DNA from: Schizochytrium sp. TIO01
Lineage: Eukaryota > Protista > Bigyra: Labyrinthulomycetes
NCBI GenBank assembly: GCA_004764695.1
Contig: SMSO01000025.1
Coordinates: forward strand, 5,434,862 to 5,498,861
Length of the DNA: 64,000 bases
Direction of reading: 5' to 3'
Part shown: positions 35,586-46,303 of the stretch, piece by piece
Position numbering within the stretch: position 1 is the stretch's first letter
How the letters are laid out: each line of letters begins with the position of its first letter
Position numbers and translations under genes: made by a program
The notes under the pieces: model-generated
Told to the model about the DNA's origin: nothing
The model's database searches: none
Seen by the model: only the letters and a program-made list of their open reading frames with translations

Positions 35586-36147
35586 AGGTAAGAATTATAT
35601 CTACCATACAGAGGTAATGATTTAGATATAGTAGTTTGTGTTTTTACCAAACCCCAATAACTAATCATTACGAACTTACATTAACAAGTTGTTTAGTAGG
35701 TAAGAATTATATCTACCATACAGAGGTAATGATTTAGATATAGTAGTTTGTGTTTTTACCAAACCCCAATAACTAATCATTACGAACTTAAATTAACAAG
35801 TTGTTTAGTAGGTAAGAATTATATCTACCATACAGAGGTAATGATTTAGATATAGTAGTTTGTGTTTTTACCAAACCCCAATAACTAATCATTTCGAACT
35901 TAAATTAACAAGTTGTTTAGTAGGTAAGAATTATATCTACCATACAGAGGTAATGATTTAGATATAGTAGTTTGTGTTTTTACCAAACCCCAATAACTAA
36001 TCATTACGAACTTAGATTAACAAGTTGTTTAGTAGGTAAGAATTATATCTACCATACAGAGGTAATGATTTAGATATAGTAGTTTGTGTTTTTACCAAAC
36101 CCCAATAACTAATCATTACGAACTTAGATTAACAAGTTGTTTAGTAG
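35586..36147 (+). repeat. Tandem minisatellite, 5 x 112 bp, near-identical units
   Basis: Unit AGGTAAGAATTATATCTACC...AACAAGTTGTTTAGT starts at 35586, 35698, 35810, 35922 and 36034. Only two variable positions seen; no spacers. Confidence 0.98.
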
Positions 36148-36229
36148 ATACCTGGCTGGTACTGCGTTTCTGCACCAATGAATAGAGCTCAAATAAAAGA
36201 AATTTCAAACTTATCTTCTTATTTTCAAT

Positions 36230-38740
36230 TTAAACTTCTAACCAAGGTTCAAGTTTAGTATCTACAGTTCCTGATTTCACTGCATGATAGAGGAAATTCA
36301 TTGGCTGTCCACCATATTCTTTCATTTTTTCTTCAAATCCGCGATATTCTCTTGGAACAAATGTTTTTGCTGAGGAATCTCCAAACCCCAAACCTTGAAG
36401 TGGGGTGTACTTGCACCTCGGTAGATTACGCCAACAAGTGTCATAGAAGAACACCTCATCGACAGACCAATTTTCAGGTGTAAAAGCAACTTGGAGAACC
36501 CACTCCATCATACGGCGTGATACGCGTGTTACACCTGCAAGAACTCGGCCAAGGTGTCCATCAGCTTCCCAAAAACGAGAAACTCCCCACCACATGTTGA
36601 CGTTTTCGGTTGAAATTTCCTGTTTGATAATACTTTCAATATCGCCGTATCTGAAAGACATTGCAAGGAGATCTGAATCGTCGTCTTTCGTCCGCTCCAA
36701 AAGATTCGATATGTTTCCGGTAAACGCCACATCATAGTCGAAGAGCCAGAGATACTCGAGGTCTGGTCGATGATCAAGCGCATGCTTGAAGATCGCGGTT
36801 GTCTGAGCGTAAGTGAAGAGCCACATGAGTGAGTCGACATTGAGCAACGATTGTTTCATGACATAATCACCATTTATGTTGCGGGTGCAGAGAAATCTAA
36901 TTGGGTGTATCTTACAACCCTCCTCAAGACCAAGAACAGCGTTAGAAGGTAGAATCTTTTGAGCAACATTCACATTATCAATGCGCCAAACACCATAGCC
37001 AGGCCCCGAGGTACGCCTTGTCACCTCGCGTTTGAATTTGTTATAATGTGCTTGACCATATTTCCGCCCATAGGCGACCGCCACTTCGACACCACTTTCG
37101 TGTGTGTCGCGTGCCCAGGCATGGAGAGTTCGATTAATTCGATCGGAAAAGAGATGGGATTTCATAACAATCATCGTGTTCGAGGAGGTGGCACCTTGCT
37201 TGGGAGGTCTCGCATCTATGACATCAAAGACCTGCTTACCTGCAAGCTCTGACATTTCGGCTACTTGAAGCTCCTGCATGCACGTTTGAGAGTCCCCAAC
37301 TTCAAGTTTATCGTAAATATACACCGAAATCTCTCCTGTGGTGAGCATAACCTCCTTGGGTTGCCAGCCAAGTTCAACAGGTAATGGATAAACCGCTTCA
37401 GAAATAACACCAGCAAGGACCTCACTCATTCCCACAGAATAAGCTAGAGACCTTAATGAAGATGCTTCAAGATGTTGAATGACCTTTGACGAAGTACCTC
37501 CAAACATCTCTGTTGTGCATTGTTCGGCACTTACTGGAGTAAACGTGAATACGTCTGAGCGACGTCGACGGGGCATCTTAAACGATGGATTTTTTCCGAG
37601 AACAAGTATGTTAACTGAGCGCGCTCGTGGATCTTCATTCCAGTCTAACCGAGGCTTCATGAGATCTTTAAGAGTAGATTTTTTCACCGGAGGGTTTTCC
37701 TTCCCGACCACGACAACTGGTTTCAGTTGGCGACGCACTGTGATATTCGAATCGTTTTCTCCCACGTCGGAGAGGAATGCCTCAAAACTGTGAATCTCAT
37801 TCATATATCTGTCGTGGAAACTTTCCATGGTGTCCGAGATGTTTTTTAAATCAGCTTCTGAGATATCAATATTCTTCAATGTGGGCTCGCTGCTGCTCTG
37901 TAAACGTCGATGCTCTCCATCAGTATGATTAAGTTCACCTGAATATTTCCACTGGTCCTCGTGAAATGGGGCATGTGGATCATACCGAGTAGCTTGTCCG
38001 TCAGGGGATTGTGTCAGCAAGCTACGCATAGTAGGCAATGGAGCGCGGCCTTTGGCGAAAACAACCCCAGGTTTTGCTAAAGCATGAGTTAAAGTACGAC
38101 CTAGCTTGAGGCGCACACCAGGACGCAGGTACAGCACACTTTGATTTTTTTGTAATGCATGAACGTTGATCATCTCATCGCCTCGAGGCGTTTGTAGGAC
38201 AGTAGCACCCCAATTGTGGATGAGTTTGAGCTCCTGAGGTAATAGGGATGCAGAGGTCACGACTACTACATCGACGTTATTTTGCTTTGACTCAAGCATC
38301 GATTGGGAAGCCAACCTCAACATGTATCTTAGGTGTAAGAACTGCAAGCGCATCAACAAATACCGGTGTTTTTGGTATTGTGAACCTAAATTACGAAGAA
38401 GACTGCTACGCTCATCCGCTGCAAAGTCTCGAAAGACAGTAGCAATTACAAACTCCTTTAGATGGGGGTTTCCCGAAATCTCAAGGGATTTCATATAAAT
38501 ATATCCGCTATCTTGGTTGACTGGTATCATCGAAGGTATCTTGTCAAATTCACCGCCGTCTAAAATCGTTTTTGATCTGAGATTCATCGTTGGCAGAGGT
38601 GCAGCAGCGAGTACACTAATCAAAAGCATGAACATCGGGATCAGGCAGACTATGAAAAACATAATACGGGCAGGACCCATTTTCGAAATCCTGCTTGAGC
38701 TGTCTATGCAGAGAGAAACCCAGCCAGTTCTGATATTCAT
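36230..38740 (-). CDS. Large type II membrane protein with a C-terminal glycosyltransferase-like (GT-A/DUF3405-like) domain
   Basis: Signal anchor IMFFIVCLIPMFMLLISVLAA, C-terminal YLWLFDYDVAFTGN (DxD), R.SRRMM, DEVF..T.C, LYHAVK. Start is ATG 38740 or 38680. Confidence 0.65.
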   Translation of the reverse strand: MNIRTGWVSLCIDSSSRISKMGPARIMFFIVCLIPMFMLLISVLAAAPLPTMNLRSKTILDGGEFDKIPSMIPVNQDSGYIYMKSLEISGNPHLKEFVIATVFRDFAADERSSLLRNLGSQYQKHRYLLMRLQFLHLRYMLRLASQSMLESKQNNVDVVVVTSASLLPQELKLIHNWGATVLQTPRGDEMINVHALQKNQSVLYLRPGVRLKLGRTLTHALAKPGVVFAKGRAPLPTMRSLLTQSPDGQATRYDPHAPFHEDQWKYSGELNHTDGEHRRLQSSSEPTLKNIDISEADLKNISDTMESFHDRYMNEIHSFEAFLSDVGENDSNITVRRQLKPVVVVGKENPPVKKSTLKDLMKPRLDWNEDPRARSVNILVLGKNPSFKMPRRRRSDVFTFTPVSAEQCTTEMFGGTSSKVIQHLEASSLRSLAYSVGMSEVLAGVISEAVYPLPVELGWQPKEVMLTTGEISVYIYDKLEVGDSQTCMQELQVAEMSELAGKQVFDVIDARPPKQGATSSNTMIVMKSHLFSDRINRTLHAWARDTHESGVEVAVAYGRKYGQAHYNKFKREVTRRTSGPGYGVWRIDNVNVAQKILPSNAVLGLEEGCKIHPIRFLCTRNINGDYVMKQSLLNVDSLMWLFTYAQTTAIFKHALDHRPDLEYLWLFDYDVAFTGNISNLLERTKDDDSDLLAMSFRYGDIESIIKQEISTENVNMWWGVSRFWEADGHLGRVLAGVTRVSRRMMEWVLQVAFTPENWSVDEVFFYDTCWRNLPRCKYTPLQGLGFGDSSAKTFVPREYRGFEEKMKEYGGQPMNFLYHAVKSGTVDTKLEPWLEV

Positions 38741-41385
38741 CTTAATCTCTCCTTTAGAATGAAAGGTCGTCGTATCCTTTTGCAATGTTAGAAACGAAAT
38801 ACAATAATATGATTCGTCACTGCGCAAATGAGTAAAGAAGCACTGCCGATTTTTATGCAATTCCTACGTTGGTGGCTATTCCAGCACCGAGAAAATATGG
38901 ATGAAACCCCTGCAGGGGAACCAATTGGGTTTGCTTGCGGCCCATCAAGCTTTTTCGTTTTTTGTAATTTTTAAGGTATTTTTTAAGGTATTAAAAAAAT
39001 AAATGTTTTTTTTTGGTTTTTTTGGCTTTTCTGTTTTCAGCTTAATTCCACGACTCGAATAGCTGCCCCGAACCAATTGAAGTTCCAACTCATGCCTCCA
39101 CCCAATCTCATTTTTCTAAAATGAGTTCCTTTGGAGGTAATACTCCTAGCGTATTTTTACATGTAGAGAAGCAACATTCCTCCCAAGAAAGAAAAGGACG
39201 CAAACTTGCAAGTTAGAAGACAATTTCAATTACAATGTTTTCTTTCGGGAATAAATTTTTTATTTCAATTTCTCAAACAAGAACACCAAACCTGAAAGCG
39301 AAGTGGGGATCTCCCTGCGGGGGTTTCTTCCATTATTCTCAGTGCTGGAATAACCACCAACGTAGGAATTACATAAGAATCCAGCAATGCTTCTTTACTA
39401 ATTTGCACAGTGAAGAATCATACCATTGTATTTTGTTTCTAAATCCTACCATTGCAAAAGGACGAACTCTCATTCTAATGGAACGTTTAAGATAAATATC
39501 AGAATTAGCTGGGTTTCTTTTTGCACAGACTGCTCAAACAACATTCCAAAAATGGGCACTGTATATATTATGTTTATCAAGGTCTGATTACGTTCACACA
39601 GGTCTTCATGATTGACAAACTAACAAGCAAAAGCTGTTATTTGAAAGACTCGGGAGGGTAGGGCAGTTGAGGCTTACTTCTGTGCTATCCCAGCAAATGG
39701 AGAATGACGTAGTCCATAGAGTGAAATACTCTGGAAACCAAAAAATCTTTTGCATAGCACGCGAACCTGCTACAATGAATATATTTATTTTTGTTCTGTG
39801 CTTTGTTTTGCTTTTTCCTAAAATTGTGGGGATTTTCTGTCACTATCTATAAAAGGAAGACTTATTTGGTGACCTTCATAATATGAGCATCGACTGCTTT
39901 CTTTTCTTAAAAAAAAACATGAGTGAACTTTGTTTCAAGATCGATTACGATGTATCGCAAAACAATCAGCAGCAATACTCAGCCCACCAACATCACTTCT
40001 TTTTGTTGAAGTTGAGATATCCCTTGGACTTTCACTCATCTAATTCGTATGATAAAAGGTAGTCGAAAAAGGAAGAGGATTCTCTATTGTAATAGTCTAG
40101 TCTCCAAAATAAATTTATCATAAATTTTCTAACATTATAACAATAGCAATCATAGTAATAATTATACAGAGTATCTGTATAAACATTTGTGTATCATATT
40201 TTCTTAATGGTGACGCTGACTAAACTTTGCTTTTTTGGTTTTGTTTTACTGTGAAATTCAGGGCAAGTTAGTATAGATGCGCGATCATTGTGTATATTTG
40301 CGAATTGTTTCGGCCAATTATACAAGAGGTTTTGGGGCCTCAGAACTCACTTCACTTCCATAGACGTTGGATGTCCTTGACCAAGTTCGGAGTTTTGTCT
40401 TGCCCTTCAAAAAGATGTGAGAAATTGAAAGCCAAGAATGCACATAATGGCGACACTATAAAGAGAATGTCTATGACCCTCTACTTCCTACTCCTTTCCT
40501 TTGTTATAAAAAAGAAATTAATACAACTACTGAATATCTCCTTTTGCTTCCTTACTATTATCTTCCAAAATGATATAGTATTTTTGAACGCTAAGTACTA
40601 AGCGATTAAGATAGATGAGAGTAGTGATATAGTGACATAGTGACATGACTTCGCGGTGGTCGATCCTGAGTCCCTGGCTAACTGGTTTATATTCGAGTGC
40701 TTCATGCCTCTGTGATGCTTCAGTGTTCATACTTTCTTCGGCTTAGTAGAAATCTAGTCGTACAAAAGTTTCAGAAGATTGCTGAAAGGTCTATTTTATT
40801 AAACAAAATGTTTTAGCTGCACAACAAGGTATAAATCGCTGTTTTTCATTAACAGCCCTTAAAACTTTCTGCTTAAAAGTAGAGCCCTTGAAAGTCAGGA
40901 ATAGCGCGTGTCTTTTACTTACTCTCTTCCTACTTACCTACATAGCAACTTTTTGTTTATTAATGAAAAAGAAAAAAACACCTTCTATCTATCTGCCTAC
41001 TGTTGGAACTTTATTGGAAGTTTGGTCATGTGTACTACCTATGATGCATCTTCCCATTCGATTCTTTTTGAAGAAAAAAAAAACAAACAATTAATTTAAT
41101 CTATCTCGCTAACTATTTCAGAATACCTGGGCTTTTCACTCTGCAACCTTTTGGCGTTTTAGTGCTACCAGAACCCTAACAAAGTAATTAAGTTGTTTGG
41201 AAGTGTCAAATAAATTGAGAAAGCAGGTCGGCAATCATGACAGACCATTGACATCAATCAAGCCAGTCAACTTGCAACCTTTGAGCTGTCGAGTCTCACC
41301 AAAAACAATGATTAGAATGCATACAGGCCAATCGCTCTCAAGAACAAGTGGCTGCTAGGGAATCGACGTCATGACTCAACCTCAG

Positions 41386-43019
41386 GCTTCTCAGATCACA
41401 CTGACATGCATAGGCTAGAAATAGTAGAGCTGAAAGAAATGGTTGTTCATCTATCTATGTTCTGCGACATGTTCATGCAGTCGGTTGCCATTCTTGTCAT
41501 CTCCAAACTGGTATCAACGTAGTGGAAAACATAAATGCTTCACAAAAAGCAGATACCATTTACTCGCTGTTTAGGGTGCACTATCGCATAATTACTTAGC
41601 TTCTCAGATCACATTGACAGGCATAGGCTAGAAATAGTAGAGCTGAAATAAACGGTTGTTCATCTACCTATTTTTTGCGACATGTTCATGCAGTCGGTTG
41701 TCATTCTTGTCAGCTCCAAACTGGTATCAACGTAGTGGAAAATATGAAAATGACCCGAATACAGGGCGCACAGTGCAGCAGCCTTCAAGTTTAGGGGCTA
41801 GGCGAATGTTTCTCGCCGTAGACGATATTTACTCGACTGGTTTGAGGGAGTGCGTCTCTTTTGTTGAAAGAGAAGACCCAAATAACAACCACGCAAACGG
41901 GGGAAGACGCCCTCCGCCTCAAAATGTAGTGGGAATCATTCTGACATCCTGGAAATTGCCTCCATGGGTCGGCGCCCCCTTCTCAGAAGAAACAGGCGGT
42001 ACGCGCTTTGATTTCTCGCTCGAAGACGCCAACGGCGACGGTAGCGACCGCGAGATATTTACCGTCGAGTGGCCGGATATAAGATTTGACGACGATAATC
42101 CTGAGCGGGGAAGTCAACTAGATACGGCCCTCGATTCTGCGGCGGCTCAACAACAGACGACACACGAATCGGGGGCGGGGCAACGGGCTCGGTCTCATTC
42201 TCTGAAGTACAGACAGACACTGCGTAGGTTAATGAATGAGGCGATTGAGCGAAGTCCTCACAGGCGGGAGAGGGCCTCGATTGATGTTTTTCATCATGCA
42301 CGTCGACACACCGTGATCTCTTGCCGCTCCAAAGCGCCGCGAAGCGACACAGAAGAAAGGACCACAGACCGCTTCCCCACCGATGCTGTTGCTGACCCAC
42401 CAATGAAGGTCCGTAAGCTTCTTCCGTCGCGATGTATGCTTCTTCGACGACGAGAGCGTATGGAGCCGGCGGCGGCGGCAGTGGATTCCATTGAGTTACT
42501 CGCCCGTCCGGCCACACCCGCTCGAAGGGATCCCCGATCTCCGCGAGTACGAGTGCGCCTCCTGTTTCGGAGTGGTCCGAGCGCTCCTCATGCTTGCAAC
42601 CAGGCAATGGGCTTCTCATTCTGCCAGGACGTAAGCTCGCGAAGAGGGTTTGGGCGAGGAACTGAAGTGATTGAGTCGCCCTGCCCCGTCTTCCTCACGC
42701 CTATCCCTTACGTCAACCTCTATGCGCGGCAATTCCCTCACGTGCGCCCACTACAGAGCGTCCCACTACAGAGCGTCCCACTTCTGCGCAACTCGCCCAG
42801 CGACGAAGACGACGAAGAAGAAGTATAAGAAGAAGATGATGACAATTTCTACTCTGGTGCCTCTCTTTCTTCTTCTTCTTCTTCTCCCTTTCTGACGCAC
42901 ACCTACTACTGAATAACACAGGGAGCACTAGCAGGAAAAGTGGCACTCTCAAAAAAAAGCAGTTACCAGCACCAACCTTACTCGCTGTTTCGGGTACACA
43001 CTATCGCATGATTACTTAG
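41386..43019 (+). repeat. 213-bp tandem duplication whose second copy is split by an insert of about 1.2 kb
   Basis: Copy 1 = A (41386-41529) + B (41530-41598). Copy 2 = A' (41599-41742) ... B' (about 42945-43019: AAAAGCAG.TACCA..TTACTCGCTGTTT.GGGT..CACTATCGCAT.ATTACTTAG). Confidence 0.9.
41745..42912 (+). mobile_element. GC-rich inserted fragment encoding a truncated protein resembling large-DNA-virus single jelly-roll (penton/minor capsid-like) proteins; candidate endogenous viral element
   Basis: ORF from ATG 41806 to TAA 42828. The frame continues (EEDDDNF...) to the junction TGA at 42912. Motifs NVVGIILTSWKLP..(AP)F...FDFSL and L.P.PYVNLY.RQFP..PLQSVPL. Composition shifts sharply against the AT-rich flanks. 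Confidence 0.4.
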
Positions 43020-43030
43020 TGCTGGTGAGA

Positions 43031-46000
43031 TCATTGGAAGAAGATAAAAGAGGCCTCGAGTGATAACTCGACCAACCTATGCTGTTGCCATAAACTCAAT
43101 TTGTGGCTATCAATGTTTTCAAATTTAGAAGTCGTGTTCTGAAATCCACTGGGATTCGACTCAGGAGGAGACAACAGAGGTTGCCCGTATGAGTTGAAAG
43201 CAGGACCACCATTCTGTACCCTTTCCTCTGAGAATGCGTCCTGAATAGCCCTACGCCATTGAAGAGAAGAATACTTTGAAACCTGATCTAAAATGGTCAA
43301 AATATAGGCTACTCCAACAACAAAGCCATCATCGGTAAAAAAAGCATCGTGGTGTTGCTGGGGCCGAGCAAGCCGCTCATGCGCAGCAAGCGACGACTCA
43401 ACGAAGTTGACGCATAGTGCTGGCACTAACATATAAAAGTAATCTAAATGATCTAATGAAGAAGTGTTGGGTCCAGAGCATCCAGACGGAGCTGCTTGTT
43501 GGTTGCTTCGATGACCGGATCTCAAAGCATCGCGGAAGACCTCCACAAGGACAGGAAGGTAGTCCTTCCCAAGCTCATACTTTTCACACAACGTTTCGCG
43601 CACTTGTGCTAAAGAAATGACGGCATTATCGACCTCGTTGTTTCCTAGAAAGAGATCCAATGGCGTGCTGTATAGGTTCGGCAACAACTGCGCGGCATTG
43701 GCAACCCAGTGGCGCCCCGCTGCACGCACCATGCGAACGAAACCCAAAGTGTTTCCTATCTTGGTCACAATTTCACGAATTCGTGTGAGATATGTGACAC
43801 CAGGCTGGAGTTCACCTATGTTTCGAATTTCCCGATTATAGCGGAATGCCCGTTGATAGGGATAAACATGCTCAATCGCAGAGTCTCTCATGTGAGAAGT
43901 AAACCATCTTCGTTCCCGAGCTAGATATGATTTAATTGGTTCAATCATCACGAGGTCCGACATCTCAGAAAAAGCTTCGGTGAGATACTGGTATGTGAAA
44001 TTAACACATGTGCTTAAGATGCCTAGGCCATGTGTGCTGATTGAACTAGAAATTGTTTCTACTGTCAAAGTACGCAGAGACTTGGCTCCTCGCCGTGCAC
44101 GCCGCTCTATAAAGAATTGTTGATTTAAATTATAATTGTACAGAGATACGAAGTGTGACCATCGCCTCAAAATGCTTAGCATGTCTATCCCAGCATCAAG
44201 CCCACCCTGGGGTAACGCTGAGTCCTCTATAGAGAGCCCATACTTCTCATGAGCAATTTTCTGCATTTCTGCATAAACACGCCAATCATGCAAAGAAAAG
44301 ACTGTCATGTTATAAAACTGTCTCTGTAAGTAATGCTCAATGTATTCGCGCGAATCAATGGTCATATCCATAATCTGGATATGACCTGTTCGTAATGCAG
44401 GTTTCAGCTGGTCAACCTGGAGCATCGACTGTTTAAGGTAGTCCATTCTAATGGCATGTTGTTCAAGTCGCAAAGACTGATCAACACGCACGCACAGTGG
44501 ATCTAAATAGTGATCTTTTACAAGTCGTAAGAGTTTGTCGCGATACCTGACACGTTCTTCTTGAAAGGAAGCCCCAAAAATGGTTCGTCCAGCCCGTGCA
44601 AAAGCTTTGACAAGGATCGGGACTCGTGCAGGGGGCGAGTCCTTAAGCATAACAGGAAGAAATGTGTCCATGTCCCATAGAAGCATCGTACAGTCACATG
44701 CGCGTTCTAACGCTGATGGCCATTGGGAAATAAGACGTAAGCGCTCAAGTTGCCTTTCAAGGTGAATCGATTCCTCCCAGGAACAATATAAAATGTACTG
44801 TCCATCAAGGTTCTTATGAGCTATTGCTGCTGCTCCAATCGCAAGCTTTATGCGATCCAAACTCATCATGCTAGCAGTACTCTCTTCCAATATATCAAGC
44901 CCGGCCATGACTAAGCCATTAGCTTGAGGGGAGCGATGTTTATTGCGACGTCGCGTCCATACGGAAGATTGGCGTTCGATATCTGCAAATACCTCTGCAT
45001 GAATTGAAAGGCTGTCATTTGCTGCAGTCAATCCATACGATAAAAACTTGCATGACATATCCTGAATTGTCTCAAGGAGTTCAATACACACGGACAGGGA
45101 TGAGTTGACAAGAGCTTTACTCATAGGAATTTGCTCAAGCGCATGCAATTGACGCGTTTGCACAAGCACACGGCGGATTCGGTAAGCGAGGGCAACAGCT
45201 TGAACCATATACTTTTCACGGCGCGCTTCGGTTGCTGCCGCGACATCCGAGGTCAAGATTAAAACCTGTTTTGCGTATGCAGGCAATCGTTGCTCCAACG
45301 AAGCTACAAATCTCTGGATATAATCTTTACGAAACGAAGCCCCAGCCTCGAGGTCTCCAAGAAAGCAATCAAGCACCCAGCCGGAGGTCCCTGTCAGAGG
45401 TACCACAGGTATAAGACGTCCGAGCCCTCGCAGCACCCGCCAAGCATCACATTTTCCACCCAAATCCTCAGCCAGCTGGCAAAGGACCGAGAGTCCAATC
45501 AACTTAGTCTCGCACTCATACGAAGGCAATATCTCTTCCTCACGATTCGCAGCCCTCCACTCCGCCTCAAAGTCGCGCACAAGAAGGTCGCATACACGTA
45601 AAAGAGCCTTCAAGTGATGAATCCCTACAGTCTTCCGAAGCGCTTTGCGAGCCTCAGTGCACCACAATCCCTGCAAAGTCTTCTCGTCCCCAGTGGTCCA
45701 GCTTGATCCCGGCACTCTCATGTTCTCCGCAGCATCAGCAAGTGATTTTCTCCATGCTTGAAGGTTATCGCTTTGTTTTACGAGAGTGTCAACACTTTCC
45801 AACATGCCAAGGCAGTGTGCCAACCAGCTCCAGGCCGAGAGAAAGTTCTCACAAACCTGAGCCAGACCGCCTAGAGAGACCCAGAGCATTTCAGAGACCT
45901 CAAGGCAGCGAGAAGAGAATACGGATGCGTGGCGGATATGTCTTGAAATCTTGTCGCTGCGTTGCAAAAGGGCTCCATCACAGCCGTCATAGGGGCCGTC

Positions 46001-46303
46001 GCCGGTTTCGACGCAGCCTACAAGGTTTGGAAAAACCAGTTTCTCGGCTTGAAAGCTCAGGTCCTGTGCCTCCTCGCACGCATAGGCTAGGAACTCAAGC
46101 TTCCCGCGTGGGGTTTGCGCGAATGAAGACGAAGGTGGCGTTGAAGCTGGAGACCTCCACGAAGAGCTCACTGAAGATGCTGACGGAGGAGAGGAGCGAA
46201 GTTGGGCGGCACGATGCGACCCTGAAGGACAAACCGCTTCAAGGCGGGAACGGTAAGAGGTGAGGAAGGAGCGGGCTTCGGGAGCATCGGCACAAGTGGC
46301 CAT
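43031..46303 (-). CDS. WASHC4: WASH complex subunit 4 (SWIP/KIAA1033/strumpellin-interacting)
   Basis: 1090-aa ORF with WASHC4 motifs FYNMT..LHDW..Y.EM...A..KYGL, Y.YNLNQQFFIER, SI.THG.GI..T.VNFTYQYL, IGN.LG.VRMVR and FTDDGF..GVAYIL.ILDQ. Confidence 0.92.
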   Translation of the reverse strand: MATCADAPEARSFLTSYRSRLEAVCPSGSHRAAQLRSSPPSASSVSSSWRSPASTPPSSSFAQTPRGKLEFLAYACEEAQDLSFQAEKLVFPNLVGCVETGDGPYDGCDGALLQRSDKISRHIRHASVFSSRCLEVSEMLWVSLGGLAQVCENFLSAWSWLAHCLGMLESVDTLVKQSDNLQAWRKSLADAAENMRVPGSSWTTGDEKTLQGLWCTEARKALRKTVGIHHLKALLRVCDLLVRDFEAEWRAANREEEILPSYECETKLIGLSVLCQLAEDLGGKCDAWRVLRGLGRLIPVVPLTGTSGWVLDCFLGDLEAGASFRKDYIQRFVASLEQRLPAYAKQVLILTSDVAAATEARREKYMVQAVALAYRIRRVLVQTRQLHALEQIPMSKALVNSSLSVCIELLETIQDMSCKFLSYGLTAANDSLSIHAEVFADIERQSSVWTRRRNKHRSPQANGLVMAGLDILEESTASMMSLDRIKLAIGAAAIAHKNLDGQYILYCSWEESIHLERQLERLRLISQWPSALERACDCTMLLWDMDTFLPVMLKDSPPARVPILVKAFARAGRTIFGASFQEERVRYRDKLLRLVKDHYLDPLCVRVDQSLRLEQHAIRMDYLKQSMLQVDQLKPALRTGHIQIMDMTIDSREYIEHYLQRQFYNMTVFSLHDWRVYAEMQKIAHEKYGLSIEDSALPQGGLDAGIDMLSILRRWSHFVSLYNYNLNQQFFIERRARRGAKSLRTLTVETISSSISTHGLGILSTCVNFTYQYLTEAFSEMSDLVMIEPIKSYLARERRWFTSHMRDSAIEHVYPYQRAFRYNREIRNIGELQPGVTYLTRIREIVTKIGNTLGFVRMVRAAGRHWVANAAQLLPNLYSTPLDLFLGNNEVDNAVISLAQVRETLCEKYELGKDYLPVLVEVFRDALRSGHRSNQQAAPSGCSGPNTSSLDHLDYFYMLVPALCVNFVESSLAAHERLARPQQHHDAFFTDDGFVVGVAYILTILDQVSKYSSLQWRRAIQDAFSEERVQNGGPAFNSYGQPLLSPPESNPSGFQNTTSKFENIDSHKLSLWQQHRLVELSLEASFIFFQ

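Noticed and set aside
35586-36147. CRISPR-like array
   Set aside because: The units are contiguous 112-bp copies with no unique spacers, there are no cas genes, and the context is eukaryotic.
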